A stretch of DNA of 64,000 nt from Methanobacteriota archaeon (lineage in GTDB: Archaea > Thermoplasmatota > E2 > DHVEG-1): contig CAVYNH010000006.1 of assembly GCA_963769885.1 (NCBI GenBank), positions 640,001 to 704,000 on the forward strand. Direction: 5' to 3'. The first letter of the stretch is position 1; every line of letters begins with the position of its first letter. The position numbers and the translations under genes are program-made. Positions 47,882 through 58,300 of the stretch are shown in pieces. A model generated the notes under the pieces. That model was not told where the DNA came from. It did no database searches and saw only the letters and a program-made list of their open reading frames with translations.

Positions 47882-47986
47882 ATGCCGAGATGCCCGCAAT
47901 GCGAGAAATTTTTTAGAAGTAAAAAGGCGCTAGAAAAACATAATACAAAAGAACATACAAAGAAACTAAAGAGAAGAGTTTATTGA
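47882..47986 (+). CDS. C2H2 zinc-finger microprotein (34 aa)
   Basis: Hand translation MPRCPQCEKFFRSKKALEKHNTKEHTKKLKRRVY; AGGAGG SD. Confidence 0.75.
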   Translation: MPRCPQCEKFFRSKKALEKHNTKEHTKKLKRRVY

Positions 47987-48285
47987 TAGAGCGGATTTTT
48001 TTTCAAGGATACGAGTCTGATTACTTCCAATTTTTTCCAGAGATTGTGAAACCATGTCTGTACCAGAGGATCGCAGGATAAATTCGTATTCCACGCCTCT
48101 TGAATTTCATTCGTGGTCGCTCCCAGGTTGAACGAATCTGAAAGACAAACCCTGCTCCATCTCTTCATATCCGCATCCACTTTATCAAAGCATTTTCCGC
48201 AGACCAAGAAGCGTACTCCAAGCGCAGGATGGCGATGCCCTTCTAGAATCCCTAATTTCTTCTCGCATTCTTCACAGTCGACCAT
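47980..48285 (-). CDS. Small CxxC..CxxC zinc-binding protein (paralogue A)
   Basis: CEEC...VCGKC; highly similar to 50622-50951. Confidence 0.75.
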   Translation of the reverse strand: MVDCEECEKKLGILEGHRHPALGVRFLVCGKCFDKVDADMKRWSRVCLSDSFNLGATTNEIQEAWNTNLSCDPLVQTWFHNLWKKLEVIRLVSLKKNPLYQ

Positions 48286-48602
48286 CGTAGTTGTTCTCCG
48301 TTCAAGAAAAGAGATGTGGACGATATAATCGTCCTTGATGTTTTTCTTTATCTCACTTTCTTCGTTTTCCCCAAAAACAATCGTTAAGTCATAGGCTCTG
48401 GAAATAAGGACCTGATTGCCGGTTGTTTTCTGTATTCGTTGTTCTTCGTTGTCTCACCGTCCTTTCCGATGTTTTCGGATGATAGTAGTATACACTAGAC
48501 CCTTTATATCATTGTGTAAGAAAGCATATAAATGTGTAAAATTAATGCATTTTTGTGTAAAGAAATCGGGGGCGGTCAAACCCGGATTTTCAACAACCCC
48601 GT

Positions 48603-49772
48603 TCACATATTCAATCTGTAAATCCGTTCCCGCTCCTCAAGCTGCTGCTTCAACCGCTTCACCGTGAGATCCGTATACACCCCAAGGGTCTTCTCTGCCA
48701 CGCCATCCCACGTGAAAAGCCCGACTTCCCGCTTCCCGTTCTCCGAAAGCGACTCATGCAACGACTCATAGCGCAGCAAGGAAATGACCTTGTTTGCGAT
48801 CTCATCAGAGTCCCAAAAATCGACCTTCAAGCAGTGATAAAACGTCTCACAGACACCCGCTGTCTTCGACGCGATAGTGGGAGTACCGGCGGAGATCGCC
48901 TCCAAGGCCGTAATACCAAAAGGCTCACTCACCGACGGCATCACGTAGACGCTCGCGACACCAAAGATATACTTCATTTCCTCATCGGTCAAATGACCCG
49001 CGAACATCACCCGATTGGAGATTCCAAGCTCATAAGCCTGGGCGATCAACTCAGGAAGCAGATCACCGCCACCAGCGACCACAAACCGAACATTAGGCTC
49101 AAAGTCAATAATCTTCTTTGCCGCACGGAGGAACACGTTCGCACCCTTCTGGATGGTCAGACGGCCTAAGAACAGGACAATCTTCTGTTTCTCGCCCTCG
49201 ACAATCGGATACACGCCATTATAGATAACATGGATCTTCTCCGGCGGTATACCGTATTTCTCGATCATCGTTCGTTTCGTCCCCTGACTGACTGCGATGA
49301 TGCTGTCGGCGTTCTCCATCCCTTTTTTTTCGAGAGCGATAAACCAGGGATTGGGATAGATCCCCCCGCTCCGATCGTACTCTGTCGAATGAATGGTAAG
49401 AACCAAGGGGAGGTCTCGGCGGTCCTTCAGCGCGATGCTGGCTTGAATCGTCAACCAATCATGGCAATGAATGACGTCATACCTGCCTTTCACCTTCGAA
49501 GCGATTAAAGCATTGTAGCGAGCGACCGCATCGAAAAATTCGCCCTCGATTTCCCGGCTCTCCGGGCGATCATAGGGGAAGACCGAGGTCTCGCCTACCT
49601 CTTTAATCACGAGATTTGGGTTGTCGCTTTTTGCACCGTGTTTGGTGTGAGGCATATAGAAATCTACTTTTACGCCTCGCATGGCGAGGCTGCGGGTCAG
49701 TCCGTAACAGTGGGTCCCTAATCCGCCCACCGTGAATGGCGGGAACTCCCAGCCGATCATTGCTACTTTCAT
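48603..49772 (-). CDS. Glycosyltransferase family 4
   Basis: MIGWEFPP..VGGLG, HCHDW, TIHSTE, GRL..QKG, EPFGITALEA. Confidence 0.93.
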   Translation of the reverse strand: MKVAMIGWEFPPFTVGGLGTHCYGLTRSLAMRGVKVDFYMPHTKHGAKSDNPNLVIKEVGETSVFPYDRPESREIEGEFFDAVARYNALIASKVKGRYDVIHCHDWLTIQASIALKDRRDLPLVLTIHSTEYDRSGGIYPNPWFIALEKKGMENADSIIAVSQGTKRTMIEKYGIPPEKIHVIYNGVYPIVEGEKQKIVLFLGRLTIQKGANVFLRAAKKIIDFEPNVRFVVAGGGDLLPELIAQAYELGISNRVMFAGHLTDEEMKYIFGVASVYVMPSVSEPFGITALEAISAGTPTIASKTAGVCETFYHCLKVDFWDSDEIANKVISLLRYESLHESLSENGKREVGLFTWDGVAEKTLGVYTDLTVKRLKQQLEERERIYRLNM

Positions 49773-50058
49773 GTCTTTGGTCAATCGCTCGCTTCATTAT
49801 CCCCTCTTTGAGGGTCATCTAATTATCAAATCGTGTTCTGTAATAGTCTGCGTCTGCCGAGAGGAGTCGTTTTCGATATCTCCAGCTCCTCTCGTTTTCG
49901 ATGGTTGAAAATTCCCTTTCCATGTTCATTAATTTTCACCTTTTCTCTACATTGTCGGATTTTTTTTTTGCAGAAGTAGGGGTAAGCGGTGCAGTATATA
50001 TATGGTGGAGTACAAAAGCATATAAGTGTGTAGATTTATTACATAGTTGTGTAAAAGT

Positions 50059-50208
50059 ATGGAAAAAAGAATCCGGATGAACATCTCAGTGACAAAAAAA
50101 GAAAACGCGCTCATAAAAAGACTCGCCCAAGAAGAAAAACAACCCTATAGCCGACAGATCATCTACATGATGGAATTCTACATCAAGAACAACAAATCCC
50201 TCGAATAA
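50059..50208 (+). CDS. Ribbon-helix-helix-like small regulator
   Basis: Hand translation MEKRIRMNISVTKKENALIKRLAQEEKQPYSRQIIYMMEFYIKNNKSLE; TATA-like CATATAAG about 35 bp upstream. Confidence 0.7.
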   Translation: MEKRIRMNISVTKKENALIKRLAQEEKQPYSRQIIYMMEFYIKNNKSLE

Positions 50209-50222
50209 TAAGGTGACAAACC

Positions 50223-50420
50223 ATGAAATACATGTGTAACCGATGCAGCCGCGTCCTTCAGGCCGATGACATCACCATCCACTACACAACCAACGTCAAT
50301 GGACTAGAAATCATCGCTCTCTGCCCCACATGCCTAGAGGCGTACCTGACAAAAACAAAAACAGACACGGACAAAAAAGAAGATGACGTCCAACGAGGAA
50401 AAATAGCAAGAAAATGGTAA
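50223..50420 (+). CDS. Small zinc-finger protein
   Basis: CNRC...CPTC; AAGGTGA SD. Confidence 0.7.
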   Translation: MKYMCNRCSRVLQADDITIHYTTNVNGLEIIALCPTCLEAYLTKTKTDTDKKEDDVQRGKIARKW

Positions 50421-50621
50421 GGCACCAAAGAGACCCTGCCGAGGACCCGCCGTCACCATTTCCCGGGCAGAACAACGAAAAACGAGTCATAAAACTCCGT
50501 AACTTGCAAAATAAGAAAGAACAAGAATTACGCAGATGCCCGTTTTCAATCATGAGAAGCGGACCTCACGGGATGATTATTTTTCATCCTTGAGAATTGA
50601 AACCCCACCTTTTTCCTTTTT

Positions 50622-50951
50622 TCATCGGGACTCCCAGAACAAGAGATGAAACCCGCCGCTCCTCTTCTGCATCTGCCGAAGATCCTGAAGTCGCACTTTC
50701 ACCCAGAGATTCACAAACCACTGCTGCAGCAGCGGCTCACTGGAGATGCTGGTATTCCACGCCTCCTGGATCTCTTTCATGGACGAATCCTTCCGAAACG
50801 ACGTCGAGACACAGAACCGGCTCCCCCGCTCCATATCACCAGCGACCTTATCAAAACACTTCCCGCACACCAGAAACCGTGTCCCCAGCGCCGGATGCCG
50901 ATACCCTTCGAACACGCCTAACTTCTTTTCACATTCCACACAAACAACCAT
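50622..50951 (-). CDS. Small CxxC..CxxC zinc-binding protein (paralogue B)
   Basis: CVEC.KKLG..EG.RHPALG.RFLVCGKCFDKV shared with paralogue A. Confidence 0.75.
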   Translation of the reverse strand: MVVCVECEKKLGVFEGYRHPALGTRFLVCGKCFDKVAGDMERGSRFCVSTSFRKDSSMKEIQEAWNTSISSEPLLQQWFVNLWVKVRLQDLRQMQKRSGGFHLLFWESR

Positions 50952-51452
50952 AACTCGCATCCTCCTCACTAGAGAAATCGATCAGCAAACCTTGCTCTTA
51001 AAAAAACTTCGTTGCTGACTTCTTTTCTCCTCGTCCACCGTTTCACTTAACGATTCAGAAGACCCCCTAAACACTCACGCCTTTATATTGTCGCGTACCT
51101 CCGCTCCGCCTCGCGATCAAACTGAACGAGCGCATTCCCCCCATTCAATCGGAATCCCTTGTAGGCTTTTCTTGATACACCCCAAGCCATAAATCGTATG
51201 CCTCTTCTCAAACACCCTAGATCACATACCGGCCGAATGATTACCCCTCCTATTAAATATCCAAGAGACGTCATTCACATGACCTGATGCCCTCATGGAA
51301 CAAATCGGCCACTCACTCCACCCATAGGAACAGAACACCGGTTCGATTGTTGCGATGTTTTTCGATTGAATTTCTACTCAATCTTCATCAGCGTTTTTGC
51401 TGGTTTTCGGCCAAGAGAATCTCTAATAATCCCCGCAGGCATTCACCACCCC

Positions 51453-51884
51453 GTGGCCACCGACCTCACCGACGAAATCAAGGAACTGCAGAAACGCATC
51501 GACGAGCTCGAAAAACTCCTCGCCAGCCTCGTCAAACCATTGACGACAGTGCGCAAGACCACCGAGAACTACCTCAGGCTCGCCGGGCTGCTCCTCGACC
51601 ACGGCGGCCTCACCCCAGACCTCATCCTCCCCACCGTCAAAGACTCAATCGAAAAAGACATCGTCAGAGTCCTCCTCGACCGCCAGGACCAGAACGTCAG
51701 CCAGATCACCGAGCTCGTCAAGACCCGCCGCGGCACCGCCTCACGGCGCATCATCCGCCAGCACCTTAAAAGCCTCGAACAAAAAAACATCATCCAAGGC
51801 CAGCAGCGCGGCTCCCGCACCGTCTACCGCCTCACCCCCGACGTGATCAACAAGTGGTCACAACTGCTCGGTTTCCCTAAATAA
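51453..51884 (+). CDS. Coiled-coil + winged-helix transcriptional regulator
   Basis: EIKELQKRIDELEK; NVSQITE......GTASRRIIRQHLKSLE..NII; start uncertain. Confidence 0.75.
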   Translation: MATDLTDEIKELQKRIDELEKLLASLVKPLTTVRKTTENYLRLAGLLLDHGGLTPDLILPTVKDSIEKDIVRVLLDRQDQNVSQITELVKTRRGTASRRIIRQHLKSLEQKNIIQGQQRGSRTVYRLTPDVINKWSQLLGFPK

Positions 51885-51932
51885 CAGGACCACCCTCACA
51901 CCACCATAAGAAAAAAAATGGAGGCACCAAGA

Positions 51933-52206
51933 ATGTCAAACCACGAAGGAATGCCAGACCCAGAGAAAATCAAGGAAATCCTCGACGTCGTCGCCGAAAA
52001 AATCCCGGGGCTGCTCCGGCAGCTAAGCGACCTGCTCTACGGCCCCACCAGCGCCAAGCAGTACGCCGCGGCCGCCGCGATCTTCTACAAAGAGGCTCAA
52101 ATCCGCTGGCATGACCGACCAGGAGGCCTTCGAGCTGACCAGGCAGTACATGTCGACGCTGAACCTCGGCAACCTCATCCGCCGCATGCCCCACGACCAC
52201 GACTAA
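51933..52206 (+). CDS. Small helical hypothetical protein (apparent frameshift at 52094-52095)
   Basis: Corrected frame gives KIPGLL...AIFYKELKSAGMTDQEAFELTRQYM, paralogous to the next gene. Confidence 0.7.
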
Positions 52207-52218
52207 AAGCAACGAGCC

Positions 52219-52467
52219 ATGACCGAAGAGACACAGACCACGTGGAACCCCATGAAGCTCCTCGGGGTCATCATTCCCAAAATCCCCGGGCTGCTCCTAC
52301 GGTCCGGCGGGGAGCTCATCCGGTTCCGGTCCAAAGCGCGCAAGGCATCGCGGATTTTCCACGACGAGCTGCTCCAGCAGGGCCTCGACCCGGTCGCGGC
52401 GGAGGGGCTCACCAAGGACTACCTTGACGGCAGCAGCCCGCTCCTGCTGCTCCGACGCCGACGATAA
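52219..52467 (+). CDS. Small helical hypothetical protein, paralogue of the preceding gene
   Basis: KIPGLL...RIFHDELLQQGLDPVAAEGLTKDYL. Confidence 0.7.
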   Translation: MTEETQTTWNPMKLLGVIIPKIPGLLLRSGGELIRFRSKARKASRIFHDELLQQGLDPVAAEGLTKDYLDGSSPLLLLRRRR

Positions 52468-52600
52468 CGCCCCTCATCCTTTTTTTAACGTATTTTTTTC
52501 ATCCGGGCAGCGTATTCACTCTTCACTCCATGCAGGCCTACGGAAACAGCGGTCACCGCTGAGGGTGATGAAATCGGCGCCGAACCCATTTCTGTCAGGT

Positions 52601-53659
52601 CTAGATGATGTAGGGCTCTTGGGCGGGGTGCCAGTCGATCCGCAGCCTGATCTTGGCGAGCAGCGGCACCCAGGAAATGACGGTGTTGAATCCGATGATG
52701 GGGCAGAAGGAGACCGGCGCGCCCCAGTAGTTCGCGTCCCATCTGGTGATGCTGAAAATCTGGTAGTTATCCAGGAAAAAGAAGTCGTGGGTCTCCTCCG
52801 CCGTCTGCAATGCATTGATTTCGTCGATGGTCCGGGTGAACCGGGCCGATACCACGTTGTTGAAGATGTTGTTGGCGTTGATGGAGTTACCCGTGGCGCA
52901 GAATTCCTCGATGCCATGGTCTGAGTCGGTGACGGCGTTGTGATAGAAGGCGGTCTTGCTGCAGTACCACAGCTCGACGCCGCCCGTGTTGCCTTGGATG
53001 CAGTTGAAAGAGATGTTGCTGTTGAAGCTACGCTCGAGCTTGATACCTAGGGTGTTCCCCGTGATTAGGCTGTGGGTCACGACAGTGTGGTTGCAGATCT
53101 TGATGTGGATGCCGTCACCGTTGTTGGCGACGGTCGCGGCCTGGATGGTGTTGGCCTGGTACGGGGTGTAGCCGTCGCGGCAGATATCGATGCCGGTGTT
53201 GTGGCAGTTCTGGACGGTGACGGCGGATAGGAGGGTGTGGCTGGCTTGGATGGCGACGCCGTTGCGGGGGGAGTCGCCGATGGTGAGGTTTTGGATGATG
53301 ACGTCGTCGGCGGTGATGGTGGCGGTGTCGAGGAAGAGGCCGGTGCCGTTGACGAGGGTGGTGGTCTGGTTTTCGCCGATGAGGGTGAGGGTCTTGTTGA
53401 TTTGGAGGTTTTCGTGGTACGGGGCGGCATCGTCATAGATAAAGATAGTGTCGCCAGGGAGGGCGGTGTTGATGGCGGCTTGGATGGTGGTGATGTTGTC
53501 TGGTCCGCTGCCGCCGACGTAGATGATCCCGCCGGTGCGGGACGGCGTGGGGGTCGGGTACTGGGGTATGGCGGATGCTGGGGTGACGAGGGTGAGAAGG
53601 AGAAGGATGGCGACGCCTATGAATTGTTTCAACTTCGATTCCTCCGTGATAATAAACAA
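52601..53659 (-). CDS. Secreted NosD/CASH beta-helix protein
   Basis: IYVGGSGPDN; WDANYWG; IDWHPAQEPY; start may be TTG near 53632. Confidence 0.86.
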   Translation of the reverse strand: MFIITEESKLKQFIGVAILLLLTLVTPASAIPQYPTPTPSRTGGIIYVGGSGPDNITTIQAAINTALPGDTIFIYDDAAPYHENLQINKTLTLIGENQTTTLVNGTGLFLDTATITADDVIIQNLTIGDSPRNGVAIQASHTLLSAVTVQNCHNTGIDICRDGYTPYQANTIQAATVANNGDGIHIKICNHTVVTHSLITGNTLGIKLERSFNSNISFNCIQGNTGGVELWYCSKTAFYHNAVTDSDHGIEEFCATGNSINANNIFNNVVSARFTRTIDEINALQTAEETHDFFFLDNYQIFSITRWDANYWGAPVSFCPIIGFNTVISWVPLLAKIRLRIDWHPAQEPYII

Positions 53660-53890
53660 GGGGAAAATATTAAAACGTATCGGTCGGGATTTTTATTCAC
53701 CCCGGGTTGTTTCTTCAGAGGGCGTGACGGGGGGGGCGCGTGTGGTCTGCGGTGTTTTAGCGTGGTCCGTGTGGTTATCTCGCGTTTTGACAGGGGATCA
53801 TGGGTGGTTTGCCGGTCTCGCGGGTGTGACATGTTATTAAAGGTCAACCCGTTACCGCCAGCACTGACTCGGGAAAAGGACGGCATCACC

Positions 53891-55234
53891 ATGACGCAAG
53901 AGAGCGAAAAGCAACTCCTCGAAAAGGCGAACCAGCCCAGCAAAGACGCCCTCAGGCTCCACCCCTTCTACCGCGGCAAGATCGAGGTCACCCCCAAATG
54001 CCGCGTCCAGGACTTCACCGACTTCGCCATCTGGTACACCCCCGGCGTCGCCGCCCCCTGCAGAGATATCCAGGCCCACCCTGAGAGAGTCTGGGACTAC
54101 ACCAACCGCTGGAACACCATCGCCGTCGTCAGCGACGGCACCCGAGTCCTCGGCCTCGGCGACATCGGCCCCGAGGCTGGCCTGCCCGTGATGGAAGGCA
54201 AAGCCCTCTTGTTTAAGTACCTCGGCGGCGTGGACGCCTACCCCCTCTGCCTGGGGACGAAAGACCCCGAGGAGATCATCCAGGCCGTCAAATGGCTCAC
54301 CCCCAGCGTCGGCGGCATCAACCTCGAAGACATCGAGAAGCCCAAATGCTTCTACATCCTCGACCGCCTCCGTAAAGAAATGCCGATCCCCGTCTGGCAC
54401 GACGACCAGCAAGGCACCGCCACCATTGTCGTCGCCGGCGCCATCAACGCCCTCAAACTCGTCAACAAACCGCTCAAGACCGCCAGCATCAGCATGATCG
54501 GCGCGGGCGCCGCCAACATCGCGATCGCGCGCGTCCTCATCGCCGCCGGCGCCAACCCCAAGCACATCATCATGGCCGACAGCAAAGGCATCCTCGGCAA
54601 GGATAGAAAAGACCTGGAAAAAGACAAGAAGAACAACCCGGAGAAATGGAAGATCTGCGTCACCACCAACGCCGAGGGACGCACCGGCACCCAGGCCGAC
54701 GCCCTGCGCGGCGCCGACATCGTCATCGCCGCCAGCAAGCCCGGCCCCGGCACCATCAAAAAAGACTGGATTCAGTCGATGGCTGACGATGCCATCGTCT
54801 TCGCTACCGCCAACCCCGTCCCCGAGATCTGGCCCTGGGAGGCGAAAGAAGCGGGAGCGCGCATTATCGCGACTGGTCGGAGTGATTTCCCCAACCAGAT
54901 CAACAACAGCCTCGGCTTCCCCGGCATCTTCCGCGGCACCCTCGACGTCCAAGCCACGACGATCACGGACGAGATGTGCCTCGCCGCCGCCTACGAGCTC
55001 GCCAGGACCGCCGAGGATGAAGGATTAACAGACACGAACATCGTCCCGACCATGGACAACTGGGAGGTCTTCCCCCGGGAGGCCACCGCGGTCGGCATGA
55101 AGGCCATCGAACAGGGTATCGCCCGCAAGAAGATGACTAAAACAGCGTTGCATGACCAAGCCGCCGCCCTCATCAAGCGCGCCCGGGACGAAACCCAGGC
55201 GCTGATGCGCGATGGCTTTATAAAGCACGCATAA
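53891..55234 (+). CDS. NAD(P)-dependent malic enzyme
   Basis: [60 protein letters not shown]. Confidence 0.96.
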   Translation: MTQESEKQLLEKANQPSKDALRLHPFYRGKIEVTPKCRVQDFTDFAIWYTPGVAAPCRDIQAHPERVWDYTNRWNTIAVVSDGTRVLGLGDIGPEAGLPVMEGKALLFKYLGGVDAYPLCLGTKDPEEIIQAVKWLTPSVGGINLEDIEKPKCFYILDRLRKEMPIPVWHDDQQGTATIVVAGAINALKLVNKPLKTASISMIGAGAANIAIARVLIAAGANPKHIIMADSKGILGKDRKDLEKDKKNNPEKWKICVTTNAEGRTGTQADALRGADIVIAASKPGPGTIKKDWIQSMADDAIVFATANPVPEIWPWEAKEAGARIIATGRSDFPNQINNSLGFPGIFRGTLDVQATTITDEMCLAAAYELARTAEDEGLTDTNIVPTMDNWEVFPREATAVGMKAIEQGIARKKMTKTALHDQAAALIKRARDETQALMRDGFIKHA

Positions 55235-55334
55235 CCAAGGCCGTCCGCGTATTTTTCTAATTCAGGAGAAAGACCGCGCGTGAGTTACCAGACATTGGGA
55301 TAGGTATCTTTCCCGCTGATAGCCATTCACGGTT

Positions 55335-58300
55335 TTAATATTGCTGTGATACCTGCCCAGTGTTGTTTTTGGTCGGCATTTCTTTATGTTCAGTTGGTGG
55401 AGGCTGAATTGTAAGGTGACTCTTGGGAATCTCAGAGACAATCACCGACTTGAACAATCCAAAAATTAAGAAGTTTGTTTTAAGGTCGACGATTAAACCT
55501 GGTCTTTTCCCATGTCGGACGAGAAGCTCTTCAGGATAGGAAGATGAATTAAAACTGATGAGCTGCCCAGGGCCTCCTCCTGAAAATCGAACGTAGACTA
55601 TCTTCAAAATTCTGTAATAATCCCAATCCCCGACTGATCGTTCGTCGGTAAGAGCACCAACGATAAACATACGGTAATAGGTATCGACATGCTTAACGTT
55701 GACTTGGATGATTTCTGAAAAATTGCTCTCCGCGCCTTTTGAGTCCCGCGATTTCACAGAAACTGAATAGATCTGCTCGCCATTCCAGCTATGGGTAAGG
55801 ATTTTATCGTCTCCTGAATGGCACCATTCGGTCCAGTCAGTTGTAGTGCCATCACCCCAGTCGACGAGATAGGAGATATTGTCGCTTTCTGGATCTGTCG
55901 CTTGAATCAGGCATGAGTAGGTTTCATTCGGTAACCACCATGACGGATTTTGATACAGAATATCTCCGACAATCGGCGCCTTATTGATTGTGAAGCTCCA
56001 GTTCAAGCTGCTGGCTTTTTTGTGATAGAAATCCCATGCAACGATTCGCCAATTGTAGAGTACGCCTGTATTAAGGTTAATGGCGGCAAATGACGTATTT
56101 GTTATGTTATGCGCAATGAGCGGCGGTGGACTCGTGACTCCCAAGTATACGTCATACGTGACAGCATCTCCTGGGTCCGGGTCGCCTCCCTCCCAAGAGA
56201 GGGTGATGTTTGGTAGAACCCCAGTTGCTCCATCCGGTGGGAATGGATTGGATGGTGGATATGGGGCATGGTCCGGTGGTGAGGTCGTAAATGACCATAC
56301 AACGCTCACGTTACTGACTCCATGGTTATCCCATGGCACTATCTTCCAGTAATAGGTCGTAAGGTTCAAGAGGATTCCTGGGTCATAGGATGTCCCCGTT
56401 TGGTTAGATACGACATGAGGTGGAGGATTGCTAGTTCCGAAGCATACATCATAGGTCACGATATCACTAGAATCAGGATCACCACCTATCCAACTCAGCG
56501 TGACCTCATTGCTGACATTAACAGACTCGTCTGGTGGAAATGGATTATGTGGTTGATAAGGTCGGTAGTTGGTAGTAAAATGCCAGATGGGTATTGTCTG
56601 GGCTGGTTCGTGGTAGTTGTCCCAAGGTATTATCTTCCAATAGTAGATGATTCCGTAGTTCATTGTTCCTGGGGTATATGTAGTGGTTGATTGGTTTGAG
56701 ATTACTTTTGGTGGTGGATTGGTAACACCGAAATACACGTCATAGGTCACCGTGTCCCCTGGGTCAGGATCTCCACCCTGCCAGTTAATTGTGGTGTTTG
56801 GGTTTACGCCAGTGGTTCCATTGGTTGGATTTGGAGTGTGTGGGTTATATGGTGGAGCATTTACAAGAGTAATATTTTTCGTAATATCATCAAATGATCC
56901 GTCATCATCCCAAACAATTAAAGTGACATTGTATCTTCCAAAATTGCTATATAAATGGGTTGGATTTCGTATTGTACTATGGTTTCCATCACCGAACAAC
57001 CAGTACCAGCTGATTATTGTGCCATCCGGATCGGTCGAATTGTCATGGAAACTCACGTTAAGGGAACCTCGGAATGATGCGTTATAACGATAATTCGCAG
57101 TAGGGGCTACATTGAGGACTTCAATAAATTTTGTTATATTATCGGATTGTCCTCGGTTATCATATACTGTGAGTTCAACTTTATATAATCCATCGTCAGC
57201 ATATCGATGTGTTGAGTTTTGATTTGTCGAATTCGATCCATCTCCGAAGTCCCATCGCCAGCTGACGATGACACCGTCATCATCAGTTGCGGTACTATTA
57301 AAATGAATAGTGATCAAATCAGTAGGGAATTCTGGGGTAGTGATGAAATCCGCATTAGGCGGTGAGTTGATATGAACTGACCAAGAAGCAGACCAATTAC
57401 TTTTCACAGAATATTTATCTGCGGCTTTTACACTTATATTGTATGTTCCGGGTGAATGCCAGGTGTAATTAAAAGTTATGAGATTCCCTGATGGATAAAA
57501 CATGGTCCAATCGTCTATAATGTGATCACCGTTCATATCCCATCCATATTGGATGGTATCGTTATCGGGATCAATTGCCGAGGTTGTAAAAGAATATATC
57601 GTATGAAGAAATCCTTGTGATGGACCGGAGGGCATACTGGGGGTGGTTGGAGCGTTGGTCGGTGGAATATCGAAAGCGTGATAATCATAGAACGCTGTGG
57701 TATAACAGTTATTGAGACTATCGATGATGTCTCCGTTGCTGTCTAAAAAGATAATGCTCTGAAGGGTATATGGACCGTTGATAGCGTTTTCATAGATGTG
57801 GCTGCCATTGAATCGTAAGGTGATGTTGTTTGACGTTGTGCTTAGATTCGTGACTGTTAGTGTGGACGTGATTTCCTTTTGAGTGGTATCGTAGAGTGTT
57901 CCGATTAATTGGTATGTCCCAGTAGTATTTACATGGACGTCTGCTTTGATTGACAGATAATCATATTTGGTATCATTGTCGCCATCTACGCCATAGTCTG
58001 AGAAGGTTTCATTGAGGTAGGATTTTGGTCGTTGAAAATCAGAATAATTATATTGACTGGTGACATAGTTAATATTTTCCTCATATTTGTGATCTGAAAG
58101 TGATAATGACAGGTTATATGGTCCGTTTATTCTTTGTTGATATATTTTAGGTCCATCAATATTGAAGTATATTGTATTATTTCCTTGTGAAAGGTTGAAG
58201 GCTTCTACTTTTGTGTCAATTAATTTTCCTGATGAGTTATATAAGGTTCCTCCGATGGTATATGTTCCTGCAATTACTGTGTTTGTATTGAGTTCTATGG

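Noticed and set aside
1193-53659. Diversity-generating retroelement acting on the NosD paralogues
   Set aside because: No reverse transcriptase and no near-identical template/variable repeat pair seen
53831-53860. ATGTTATTAA AGGTCAACCC as another cassette site
   Set aside because: Arms do not match, it is isolated, and it coincides with the probable TATA box of the malic enzyme gene
53237-53890. N-terminal 218 aa of the 665-aa ORF in the track
   Set aside because: Antisense shadow of the NosD gene; malic enzyme similarity starts near ATG 53891
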